A stretch of 64,000 nt of DNA from positions 5,574-69,573 of IMG/VR virus record IMGVR_UViG_3300043442_000931; one strand, 5' to 3'. A program made the position numbers and the translations under genes. Numbering within the stretch: the stretch's first letter is position 1; every line of letters starts with the position of its first letter. Origin of the DNA: a virus. Its lineage: Duplodnaviria > Caudoviricetes. The notes below the pieces were generated by a model, which was given only the letters and a program-made list of their open reading frames with translations, was not told the DNA's origin and ran no database searches. Of this stretch, positions 55,375-63,457 are shown in pieces.

Positions 55375-56106
55375 ATGCCTGCACAGTTCTACGAGAACCT
55401 GTTGGCCAAGAAACGCGCTTGGAGCCCCGTGGAGCCGGTGTATTCGCCGGTCGTGGATGGCGCTGAGGATGTGATCGCCCGCGCCCTGGCGTTGCGGGTG
55501 CTGGAGATTCCCGTCGGTGAGTTCATCACCGAAGCGACGCAGCGGGATCTGCCGCCGGGGGCGCGACCTCTGCTGGAATCGAACGTCCTCGACGAGGAAC
55601 GGCATGATCGTGCTCTGGAGCTGGTGGCGCAATCGTTTGGGGATCGCCTGCCGGATTACTCCGTAGAAGCGCAACGCATCCGTCAGGCGTGGCTGGATGA
55701 GGACGCGCATCCGGTACTGAAGGCTCTGGTGCTGGAGCGTAGTTTGTTTTTCGTGGTTTTGCCTTTGTTCCGATTCCTGGGGAACTCGGGCCTGAGAACC
55801 ACTTCGTCGGATATCTCCCGCGATGAGGTGATCCACACCGGGGGCCACTCGGCGGTTTGCGCCGAGCTGGGAGTGGGGCTGACCAAACGTTTGGACGCCA
55901 TGCGCAAGGCTACCGCCGCCTGGATGCTGGAAGGTCTGGATATCCGTGATGAACGGATCGGCCAGTATGGGGACCGTAACTTCTGGCTGCGTCAGAGCGA
56001 CCGGCTGCTGTACGAAGGCAGGGCTCCCGAATTGGTTGAGACCAAACGCGCACGGATGCCCGCCTTCTTCGAGATGGACGCCCGCGATCTGCCCGCCTAC
56101 GCTTAA
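55375..56106 (+). CDS. Ribonucleotide reductase small subunit (ferritin-like)
   Basis: RVLEIPVG, DEERH, VLERSLFF, DEVIH di-metal ligands; adjacent to the large subunit. Confidence 0.85.
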   Translation: MPAQFYENLLAKKRAWSPVEPVYSPVVDGAEDVIARALALRVLEIPVGEFITEATQRDLPPGARPLLESNVLDEERHDRALELVAQSFGDRLPDYSVEAQRIRQAWLDEDAHPVLKALVLERSLFFVVLPLFRFLGNSGLRTTSSDISRDEVIHTGGHSAVCAELGVGLTKRLDAMRKATAAWMLEGLDIRDERIGQYGDRNFWLRQSDRLLYEGRAPELVETKRARMPAFFEMDARDLPAYA

Positions 56107-56126
56107 GGCGATAACTCGCAACCAAT

Positions 56127-56153
56127 AGCCCCACCACAACGGTGGGGTTTTTT
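56127..56153 (+). terminator. Intrinsic terminator
   Basis: CCCCACC-ACAAC-GGTGGGG-T6. Confidence 0.8.
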
Positions 56154-56211
56154 CTTGCCCGCCGCTCAAGCGTGGTTATACTAGGTGCGTTGACTTTATT
56201 TGGTTACAACC

Positions 56212-56550
56212 ATGCTGATTGGCGCAGAGCTAATTGCCAAAATCAAGGATCTGAACAAGGCGGGCGTTTCCAACCCTCGCGAACAGGCTGTTGCGTGTGG
56301 TTATGTGACCAAACAGGGTCGTGTAAAGCTGCATGCGTTTTATCATGCTGCGCTGGAGGCGAAGGGTCTGCGGGGTGATCGATCCACGATGGGTCGCGCC
56401 CCGTCCTGGCAGACCAAAGTCCAGAGCACTGGCAACCTGCTGCTGGGTCGTAACTATGTGCTGCAAGCGGGTGCTCAACCCGGCACGAAGTTCGCCATTG
56501 AGGTATCGAAGGGTCGCATTGTGCTGACCCCCGAACTGGAGGCTAGCTGA
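56212..56550 (+). CDS. Cyanobacterial AbrB-like regulator (cyAbrB)
   Basis: ELIAKIKDL...ACGYV...FYHAALEAKG and TKVQSTGNLLLGRNY...AQPGTKFAIEVSKGRIVL. Confidence 0.85.
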   Translation: MLIGAELIAKIKDLNKAGVSNPREQAVACGYVTKQGRVKLHAFYHAALEAKGLRGDRSTMGRAPSWQTKVQSTGNLLLGRNYVLQAGAQPGTKFAIEVSKGRIVLTPELEAS

Positions 56551-56699
56551 TGCCCACCAAAGCCAAGAGCGGCATCAGCGGCAAGGTCATCCACGTCAGC
56601 CGCCCCAAGCGCAGCCGCCAGGGACGCAGCCCCAACACCAGTCTGAGTGCCACATCACGCAATGGTCGCCGCAAGGCGTATCGAGGACAAGGGTCATGA
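56550..56699 (+). CDS. Small basic protein of a type seen in cyanophages
   Basis: MPTKAK...KRSRQG...SATSRN...KAYRGQGS. Confidence 0.65.
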   Translation: MPTKAKSGISGKVIHVSRPKRSRQGRSPNTSLSATSRNGRRKAYRGQGS

Positions 56700-56825
56700 G
56701 GTTCCTGATGGCGCTGATGGGGCTGGTGTGGACGTGGGTGGTGCGGCCTACATGCCACTACCCTGATGCCGTCGAGCATCTGGAGCGGTGCTACATAAAG
56801 CCTGCGGTGATGGGGCGGGACAACC

Positions 56826-57296
56826 ATGCCCGCCCCTAGTGTGCCGGTCTGGAATCGGTCGCAGAGCCATGATTGGCGGACCCCGCCCGCCCTGTTTGAG
56901 GCACTGGATCGCCAGTACCACTTCACGGTCGATGCCGCTGCGGATGCAGACAATGCTCTCTGCTCCCACTACTGGACCGAGGCAGATAACGCCCTGGTCC
57001 AGTGCTGGGCGGGGGAGCGGGTTTTCTGCAATCCGCCCTATGGGCGGGTGATGCCCCAATTCGTGGAGAAAGCGTTTCACGAGTGGCAGCGGAACTACGT
57101 CACCAGCGTGCTGTTGATTCCGGCGCGAGTGGATACCCGAATCTGGCAGGAGGTGGTGCTGCCGAGTGCGTCCATCACCTTCCTGAAGGGACGCCTGCGG
57201 TTTCGCAACGCCCAAGGCCAAGAGGGCGATCCAGCACCATTTCCCTCGGCGGTAGTGGTTTTTGATGGTTGGAAATCGGCATGGAACAAACACTAG
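56826..57296 (+). CDS. Phage DNA N6-adenine methyltransferase (lambda Dam-like)
   Basis: WRTPPALF, FTVDAAA, FCNPPYG, LIPARVDT, FLKGRLRF, APFPS. Confidence 0.92.
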   Translation: MPAPSVPVWNRSQSHDWRTPPALFEALDRQYHFTVDAAADADNALCSHYWTEADNALVQCWAGERVFCNPPYGRVMPQFVEKAFHEWQRNYVTSVLLIPARVDTRIWQEVVLPSASITFLKGRLRFRNAQGQEGDPAPFPSAVVVFDGWKSAWNKH

Positions 57297-57637
57297 ATAA
57301 ATTCGAGGTCTGCCGCCAGGGGCACTATTTTTCGATCCGCTTCCAGTACAAAGGCCAGTCCCACCAGACGCATAAATGGCTCTCCCAGGAGCAGGCTGAA
57401 GCCCAGGCGCGACTGATGGCGCGTAGTCTGGGTGCGTCCGCCGCAGTATTTGAACAGACCCTGCCAGCCCAAAAGCCGCTGCTGGTTGAGGGATCAACCG
57501 ACCATATGCTGGTGACACAATTGCGGGCACTGGCACTGCGGTTCCGTATTCGGGGTGCCGGTCGCATGCGCCGCCATCAACTGGTTGAGGTGTTGAAGCC
57601 GTTGCTGGAGCAGACGCCCGTTGGAGAACTCGAATGA
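57269..57637 (+). CDS. Hypothetical protein with C-terminal Rho-N-like motif
   Basis: VTQLRALALRFRIRGAGRMRRHQLVEVL. Confidence 0.55.
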   Translation: MEIGMEQTLDKFEVCRQGHYFSIRFQYKGQSHQTHKWLSQEQAEAQARLMARSLGASAAVFEQTLPAQKPLLVEGSTDHMLVTQLRALALRFRIRGAGRMRRHQLVEVLKPLLEQTPVGELE

Positions 57638-57864
57638 CCGAGGAAGTTCTGCACGTCTTCGCCCAGTGGTGGAACACCCAGGGGCGCTATTTGCCGCCTG
57701 ACATTTCGGCCAATGAGGTGGCGATGCGGGCGTTTGCCGCCGGATGGTGGGAAGCGGTCCGCCAGGGTGTCGAGGATAAGCCCCATGCCTAATCTGGCGT
57801 TGATTGCGATGTTGGTGTTGGTTGCCAGCTTGCTTTGGATCTGGTGGTTGTGGGAGGAGCGATA

Positions 57865-58407
57865 GTGCGGATTGTAGGAATAGCCTCCTCTGTAGATGGG
57901 TGTGGCAAGAGCACCCTGGCTCATCATCTGGCGTCGTTGACGCTGCTCAATCCTGCGGTGGTTCCGTTTGCGCGGGCGCTGAAGGGAGAGCTGTACACGG
58001 CGCTCGTAAGGGATGCTATCGCCCACCAGCTCGATACCAGCCACATCCCCCAAGCCTTGCTGGAAAAGCCCACGCCGGAATGGGCGCGGGCGCTATTGCG
58101 GGCCTGGGGGGACTATAAGCGCCACCTTGAGCCTGACTACTGGGTGAAGCGATGGAACCAGCGAGTGGATGAGCTGGAGCCCCAGGTGGAGCTGGTTCTG
58201 GTCGATGACGTTCGTTACCGCAACGAGGCCGAAGCCATCCAGTCACGAGGTGGCACTCTGGTGTTTCTGGATGATTTGAGCGTTCCTGACCACCAGATGC
58301 GGCATGAGTTGGTGGATGTCCGCCAAATGGCGGATGTAGGATTCGTGGTTAATCGCGAAGGACGCTGGGCCAATCCCGTTGAGGTGATGGAGGTGCTGGG
58401 GCTGTGA
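57865..58407 (+). CDS. Deoxynucleoside monophosphate kinase
   Basis: GCGKSTLA P-loop, FARALK, RALLRAWG, YWV, VDDVRYRNEAEAI..RGG. Confidence 0.88.
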   Translation: MRIVGIASSVDGCGKSTLAHHLASLTLLNPAVVPFARALKGELYTALVRDAIAHQLDTSHIPQALLEKPTPEWARALLRAWGDYKRHLEPDYWVKRWNQRVDELEPQVELVLVDDVRYRNEAEAIQSRGGTLVFLDDLSVPDHQMRHELVDVRQMADVGFVVNREGRWANPVEVMEVLGL

Positions 58408-58546
58408 GGAAAGTCCCACTCTGGCAGTTGGCCTCCGAGGCACTGGACAACCTGATCGTGCGCCACGACTTTACCCAGATGGAGCTGGTGTTTGAGGTCC
58501 AAATCATTGCGGCTGCGCTGGAACGTCTGAAGGAGCTGGAGCAGCA

Positions 58547-59023
58547 ATGCCAAACAAGCTGATCCGCTACCTGGGCGAACTCCCCGAGGGCTCCTGGGAT
58601 CCAGCGATGTTCAGCCACCGTAGGCTCACATCGCTGGGGCGGCGGATGTTGCGCGAGAACGAGGTTTTCGACGTTGGAATGGATGATGGGGACTTCCCCC
58701 AGACGGCAGATGTAGCAGAGCAGGCCAGGGGGATGTTTGACACGGCCATGCCCCGCTGGCGGCATGCTCGGGAGACAGGAGGTGGTGTCCTGGCGGGTAA
58801 GGGGTCAGTCTCAGCCCATAACGACGGCACGCCGGGGTGGAGCGTCTTCACCCTGACTTGGCTGAAGGAACTGGAGTCTGCTTCCCTGCAAGTTGGAGCA
58901 GAGCATCTGCGACTGGAGCCAGGGAGCGTCATCGCGTTTCGGGCAGGGGTCGTACACTCCTGGGTGTGTCACTGCCCCTGGACGGCAGTGTTCATGGATT
59001 TGGATCCGGTGGTCACAGCCTGA
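58547..59023 (+). CDS. Putative 2OG-Fe(II) oxygenase / cupin-fold protein
   Basis: AHND...LEPGSVIAF...VHS (HxD...H pattern). Confidence 0.5.
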   Translation: MPNKLIRYLGELPEGSWDPAMFSHRRLTSLGRRMLRENEVFDVGMDDGDFPQTADVAEQARGMFDTAMPRWRHARETGGGVLAGKGSVSAHNDGTPGWSVFTLTWLKELESASLQVGAEHLRLEPGSVIAFRAGVVHSWVCHCPWTAVFMDLDPVVTA

Positions 59024-59072
59024 TCGAGGGGAGCTTGTCGGATCACCCGTTAGCGACAAGCTCGGTTGCGGC

Positions 59073-59285
59073 TCACGGCTGGCTTTCTTTCTTCAGTTCC
59101 GCTTCCTTCCATTTCGCTCCAGCCTCCCAGGCTCTCTGCGCCACTTCAATGTACGGCGGCGGATAACCCAGGAAGCAGTCGGTCGGCTCTTTCCAGCTTC
59201 GGACGTACTTGCTGTACCAACGGACGAAGGCGTGGGTTTGGGTCATCGGGGCTGATATGAGTGACCCGCCGGTTTGGGGATGCAA
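59073..59285 (-). CDS. Hypothetical protein
   Basis: 70 aa downstream of the parA partner gene. Confidence 0.4.
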   Translation of the reverse strand: MHPQTGGSLISAPMTQTHAFVRWYSKYVRSWKEPTDCFLGYPPPYIEVAQRAWEAGAKWKEAELKKESQP

Positions 59286-59328
59286 GCATAGCCCTGGCGG
59301 GTCTGTATGGACATTGTACGAACAATAT

Positions 59329-60045
59329 TCACACGTTCAAAACGGTTGCTGACACGTCAATAACGTCGCTCTCGTTTCTGTCCAACCACTCTTGCAGGGC
59401 CGCTAGAACCACCTTCTCAACCAGTTGGTTGTCACGTTGGGCTATTTGGGTGAGTCGCGCTAGCACGTCCGCCGGAACCGGAACGACAGTCTTGGGTGGG
59501 CGCGGAGGGCGTTCCGCCTTCGGGGGCAGTAGCTCCTGGCGTAGTTGCTCCACCTCGCGGCGCTTCATGGCGGGATTGATGCGACCCTGGGCGACGGCAA
59601 CCTCGAACTGGTCGGGGTGGGACTGATGCAGCACTGCCAGGGCATACAGGCAGTCAGTCTGGGGCGGCAGAATTCCGGTCTTACTAAGACCGGAATTTTC
59701 GTCGGTCTTGCCGAACGCCCCATAGATGGCCTTCATCTTGTCGGCGTGGCGTCGCGTAATCCCCAGGTTGTCCTGACACCACTGCTCCCAAGACCGGCCC
59801 CACCGCTGGGCATGGACGCTATAGGCGTCGTGGGCCTGCTGGATGCGGCGACCCCATTCCACAACCGCAGCAGCGGCCTGTCCTCGGGCCTGATTGCAGT
59901 AGTCGGCCCAAACCTGGGGGTCTGCGTCAGAGCGAGGCACGACTGTGGTTATCGTGCTGTCGTCGCGGATCTGTTCGGCTTGTCGTTGGGCGTCCTGGGG
60001 GCTGCGCTTGGCTCCCGCAGAGGGGACGAAGCTACGCTTGGCCAT
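59329..60045 (-). CDS. ParA partner / putative centromere-binding protein (helical domain plus C-terminal ribbon-helix-helix)
   Basis: Overlaps the parA 3' end; WEQWCQDNLGITRRHADKM; KTVVPVPADVLARLTQIA...VVLAALQEWL. Confidence 0.6.
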   Translation of the reverse strand: MAKRSFVPSAGAKRSPQDAQRQAEQIRDDSTITTVVPRSDADPQVWADYCNQARGQAAAAVVEWGRRIQQAHDAYSVHAQRWGRSWEQWCQDNLGITRRHADKMKAIYGAFGKTDENSGLSKTGILPPQTDCLYALAVLHQSHPDQFEVAVAQGRINPAMKRREVEQLRQELLPPKAERPPRPPKTVVPVPADVLARLTQIAQRDNQLVEKVVLAALQEWLDRNESDVIDVSATVLNV

Positions 60046-60616
60046 TCAACCAGCTCCACACTTGTTGGACTTCTGCGGCGGCTGCGCTGGAGGGGTCGAA
60101 TTCTATTGCGGTCTGGCCTTGTGCCCAGGCGTGGTAGTGGGCGGCGCGTTCCCGCATAACGATGGGGCATACTGTCGCCCCCAACAACTGGATGTATTCC
60201 TGTAGGGGGTTGGGGTCACTGGAGGGGTGGACTCGGTTGATCAGCACCACTATGGGGGTGCCACTCTGCCGGGCACTGTGCAAGCTGGCGGGTAGGGCAT
60301 CAATCTCGGGTTGGCGATCACCCGTCACCAGTACCACCAGATCCACAGCCTCCAGAGCCAGATGGACATTCCCAAGCAGCACACCGGGGGTGTCGATCAC
60401 AGCCCGTGCATGCTGTTCCAGCAGCACCGGCACCCGTCCCAGTTGGGCACTCACCACCTCGGGCGAAGCTTCCCGCCGATCTCCCCAGTCGGTCGCGGTC
60501 AGTTGCGGGTCACAATCCACCAGCACAGCTCCAGATAACTGGGCCAGCGCCGCCGACAGGGTGCTTTTACCCACCCCACCCTTGCCAGAAAACACGGCGA
60601 TATGACGTATGCTCAT
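60032..60616 (-). CDS. parA: ParA family partition ATPase (short type Ib)
   Basis: KGGVGKST, LVDCDPQ, VIDTPG, VLINRV. Confidence 0.92.
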   Translation of the reverse strand: MSIRHIAVFSGKGGVGKSTLSAALAQLSGAVLVDCDPQLTATDWGDRREASPEVVSAQLGRVPVLLEQHARAVIDTPGVLLGNVHLALEAVDLVVLVTGDRQPEIDALPASLHSARQSGTPIVVLINRVHPSSDPNPLQEYIQLLGATVCPIVMRERAAHYHAWAQGQTAIEFDPSSAAAAEVQQVWSWLNGQA

Positions 60617-61933
60617 GGAAAAACTCTCGGTAGTTTGGAAACCCCTGCTTTCAAGCGGGGGAGGAAAAACGCCTCGGCGGCTTTAGCCGCTGTCACACCT
60701 GGAGCGGTAGAATGTGAGGAATGGAACGCGCCTTCCGCTATCGCTTCTACCCGACACCCGAGCAGGACGTTCTCCTGCGGCGGACGATGGGTTGCGTGCG
60801 CCTCGTCTACAACAAGGCGTTGGCGTTGCGCACGGAAGCTTGGTACGAGCGGCAGGAGCGGGTGGACTACAAACAGACCTCCGCTGTTCTGACGGCGTGG
60901 AAGAAGGAAGAAGACCTGTCCTTCCTCAACGAGGTCAGTTGCGTTCCGCTCCAACAGACGTTGCGGCACCTCCAGAAAGCGTTCAGCAACTTCTGGGCCA
61001 AGCGGACCGGTTACCCAACCTTCAAGAAGAAGCGGAATGGGGGCTCGGCTGAGTTCACCAAGTCGGCTTTTTCCTGGCGAGATGGGCAACTGTTCCTGGC
61101 CAAGAGCAAGGAGCCGTTGGCGATCCGCTGGTCCCGCCAGTTGCCCAAGGGTGCAGAACCCTCGACGGTGACGGTGAAGCTGGACCCGGCAGGCCGCTGG
61201 TTTGTGTCCCTGCTGGTGGATGACCCGACGATTGAGCCGCTGCCGCCCACGGATAAGACCGTTGGGCTGGATGCGGGCATCACGAGTCTGATCACCACCA
61301 GTGACGGCGAGAAGGTCGTTAACCCTCGCCACCTGGGCCGCAGACTGAAGCGACTGCGACTGTTGCAGCAGTCCCTCAGCCGTAAGGTGAAGGGCAGCAA
61401 CAACCGCTATCGGGCTCGCCTGAAGGTCGCCCGATTGCAAGCCCGGATTGCGGACTCGCGCCGTGACCATCTGCACAAGCTGACCACCCGGCTGGTTCAG
61501 GAGAACCAACTGATCGCCGTGGAGACTCTGGCTGTGCGGAACATGGTGAAGAACCGCTCTCTGGCCCGCAGCATCTCCGACTGTGGATGGGGCGAACTCG
61601 TCCGCCAGTTGGAGTACAAGTGCGACTGGTATGGGCGAACCCTGGTCAAGATCGACCAGTGGTTTCCCAGCAGTAAGCGATGTGGCGACTGCGGGCACAT
61701 CGTCGAGCGTCTGCCGTTGAGTGTTCGGGAGTGGGCCTGTCCCCAGTGCGGGGCCAAGCACGACCGGGACATCAATGCAGCGCAGAACATTCTTGCCGCC
61801 GGGCTGGCGGTGAAAGCGTCTGGAGCGGGTGTAAGACCTGATAGGCATAGCCTTGAGGGCAGCTGCAATGAAGGACGAAACTCTTGGAAGTGATTCTGAG
61901 AATCCCCCGTGCTTCAGCCGGGGGAGAAGTCAA
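60617..61933 (+). mobile_element. IS200/IS605-family element (tnpB only, IS1341-like)
   Basis: Left-end hairpin GAAA-CCCCTGCTTTCAAGCGGGGG; right-end GAAT-CCCCCG...CGGGGG-AGAAG-TCAA; inserted 3' of TCAT; removing it restores the parA SD-ATG. Confidence 0.88.
60721..61893 (+). CDS. tnpB: RNA-guided endonuclease TnpB
   Basis: RYRFYPT HTH; RuvC D (VGLDAGI), E (IAVETL), D (HDRDINAA); zinc ribbon CGDCG...CPQCG. Confidence 0.95.
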   Translation: MERAFRYRFYPTPEQDVLLRRTMGCVRLVYNKALALRTEAWYERQERVDYKQTSAVLTAWKKEEDLSFLNEVSCVPLQQTLRHLQKAFSNFWAKRTGYPTFKKKRNGGSAEFTKSAFSWRDGQLFLAKSKEPLAIRWSRQLPKGAEPSTVTVKLDPAGRWFVSLLVDDPTIEPLPPTDKTVGLDAGITSLITTSDGEKVVNPRHLGRRLKRLRLLQQSLSRKVKGSNNRYRARLKVARLQARIADSRRDHLHKLTTRLVQENQLIAVETLAVRNMVKNRSLARSISDCGWGELVRQLEYKCDWYGRTLVKIDQWFPSSKRCGDCGHIVERLPLSVREWACPQCGAKHDRDINAAQNILAAGLAVKASGAGVRPDRHSLEGSCNEGRNSWK

Positions 61934-62007
61934 TGCGGCTCCTTTTTACAGCCCAAAGCCCTGGGGTGTGTGCAGCACCACCAGGGCACTCAATTGCATT
62001 TATTGTA

Positions 62008-62406
62008 TTAGAAGTTTGCCCGAATGGACTCTGCCAGCACGTCGGCTTGAGGCCCGGCTGTCGCCAGAGTGGCACTATCGCCCCGACACCAGACAACTGC
62101 CCCCGTTGCACCATACGTTGCCCGAACTGACTTGCCGTTGTCTTGGATCTGGGTAGCGTTTAACGAGTAAAACGCTTGCTTGGCCCGTTGCAGACAAGGC
62201 AGTACACCATAGGGTGTCGGCAGGTTCCACAACACGATTGGGGGTGCGGAACCCATCAGTTCGTTGGGGCTCAAACCGTTTGCCATCAGGTTGGGTTGTG
62301 CCGCGAAGTCAGTGGGTGGAGCTTCAAACGTTTTGGGCACAGGCTTCCCTGACAGCATCGTCGCCAGAACCATCGACAGAAAATCCATCCGACCAAACCA
62401 AACCAC
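62008..62406 (-). CDS. Hypothetical protein
   Basis: 132 aa ORF; start uncertain. Confidence 0.5.
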   Translation of the reverse strand: MVWFGRMDFLSMVLATMLSGKPVPKTFEAPPTDFAAQPNLMANGLSPNELMGSAPPIVLWNLPTPYGVLPCLQRAKQAFYSLNATQIQDNGKSVRATYGATGAVVWCRGDSATLATAGPQADVLAESIRANF

Positions 62407-62491
62407 ACCCTATAGGGTGCCTGTTCAGATGCGGTTGGCCACAAAAAAAAAGCCCCACCCCGTCAGGAGTGGAGCTTTTTGCTCTGTCAGC

Positions 62492-62809
62492 TCAGAGCAG
62501 ATTCGGCGAGTAGTAATACGCGACTCGATGGTTGTCGCCATCAGAGAACGCGAAGTGGATTCCTCGGAACTCATAGATTTCGGCGAACGGGTCTCCAACC
62601 AGTTCGCGGACGTGGGCGTCCTTGCGGTGCGGACAGTCGTAGCCCTGGGGGCACCAGACTGTCACGGGCACAGGCTCAGGACGGTAGTTGCCTAGGGCTC
62701 CGGGTTCGATCTGTTCGATGGCATGAATCCACCGTTTGGTCGGCTCCTCGATGAAGGTCAGATCCAGAACGGTGTAGCCACGGTCAAGTGCGACAGCAGT
62801 CATGGTCAT
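62492..62809 (-). CDS. Hypothetical protein
   Basis: 105 aa, GGAGA-like SD (CCGAGAA) upstream. Confidence 0.55.
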   Translation of the reverse strand: MTMTAVALDRGYTVLDLTFIEEPTKRWIHAIEQIEPGALGNYRPEPVPVTVWCPQGYDCPHRKDAHVRELVGDPFAEIYEFRGIHFAFSDGDNHRVAYYYSPNLL

Positions 62810-63050
62810 GTTCTCGGTGATTAACTAGTCTTCCGCCCAGGGCGTAGACCCATAAAAGCGGTCGTCCGGGTATTCGTCCTCGGGGCCGGGCCAGTAGTCG
62901 GCACAGTACAGCCGTGTCAACCGTTCGTGTTCCTCGCGACTGATGCAGTCGTACTCGGAAGCGGGAGGCTCCAGGCGAAGTTCCATTTTCGTACCGTTGT
63001 TTGGTTTTGCTGGTAAGCCCAGCAGCCGGGGGCTGACCCCGGTGGTGAGC

Positions 63051-63365
63051 TTATTGGCCGATAGTCCAATCCAGTAGCGTTTGCCCCTTGTGTTGGGCCA
63101 CCCGCAAAGAGGATTTGGTGTGGCAGTTCTCGCAGAACACAGTCATGGTTAACCCGTGCCGTCTGGCACTGGGGTTCCCCAGGAATCCGTCCGTCGAGGT
63201 CACCATCGTTTGCTCCAGGCAGTCGATGGATGCAACCAAGCCAGTCTGGGCATCTTCCTTGCGGTTATAAACAGTCACGTGTGTGACCGTCACATAACTG
63301 CTCTCGTTGCATGCAGGACACAGCAATACGTCTTGCGTGCCGAAGGGTTCAAGCTTGATTGCCAT
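63051..63365 (-). CDS. Hypothetical zinc-ribbon protein
   Basis: CPACN...CENCH; QHKGQTL. Confidence 0.65.
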   Translation of the reverse strand: MAIKLEPFGTQDVLLCPACNESSYVTVTHVTVYNRKEDAQTGLVASIDCLEQTMVTSTDGFLGNPSARRHGLTMTVFCENCHTKSSLRVAQHKGQTLLDWTIGQ

Positions 63366-63457
63366 AGCTAGACTCTACTTACTATAAGTAGAGTTTAACC
63401 GATTCTGGTTGGTTTAGCAATCCGTCAAACGTTTGGCGACCTACTGGAACGTGCCCC

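Noticed and set aside
56748-57677. 309-aa minus-strand ORF
   Set aside because: Antisense to the Dam methylase and its neighbour; low-complexity Pro/Arg/Ala translation
60617-61933. IStron (group I intron-IS chimera) that would splice out of the parA mRNA
   Set aside because: The element is antisense to parA and there is no room or motif for a group I intron core
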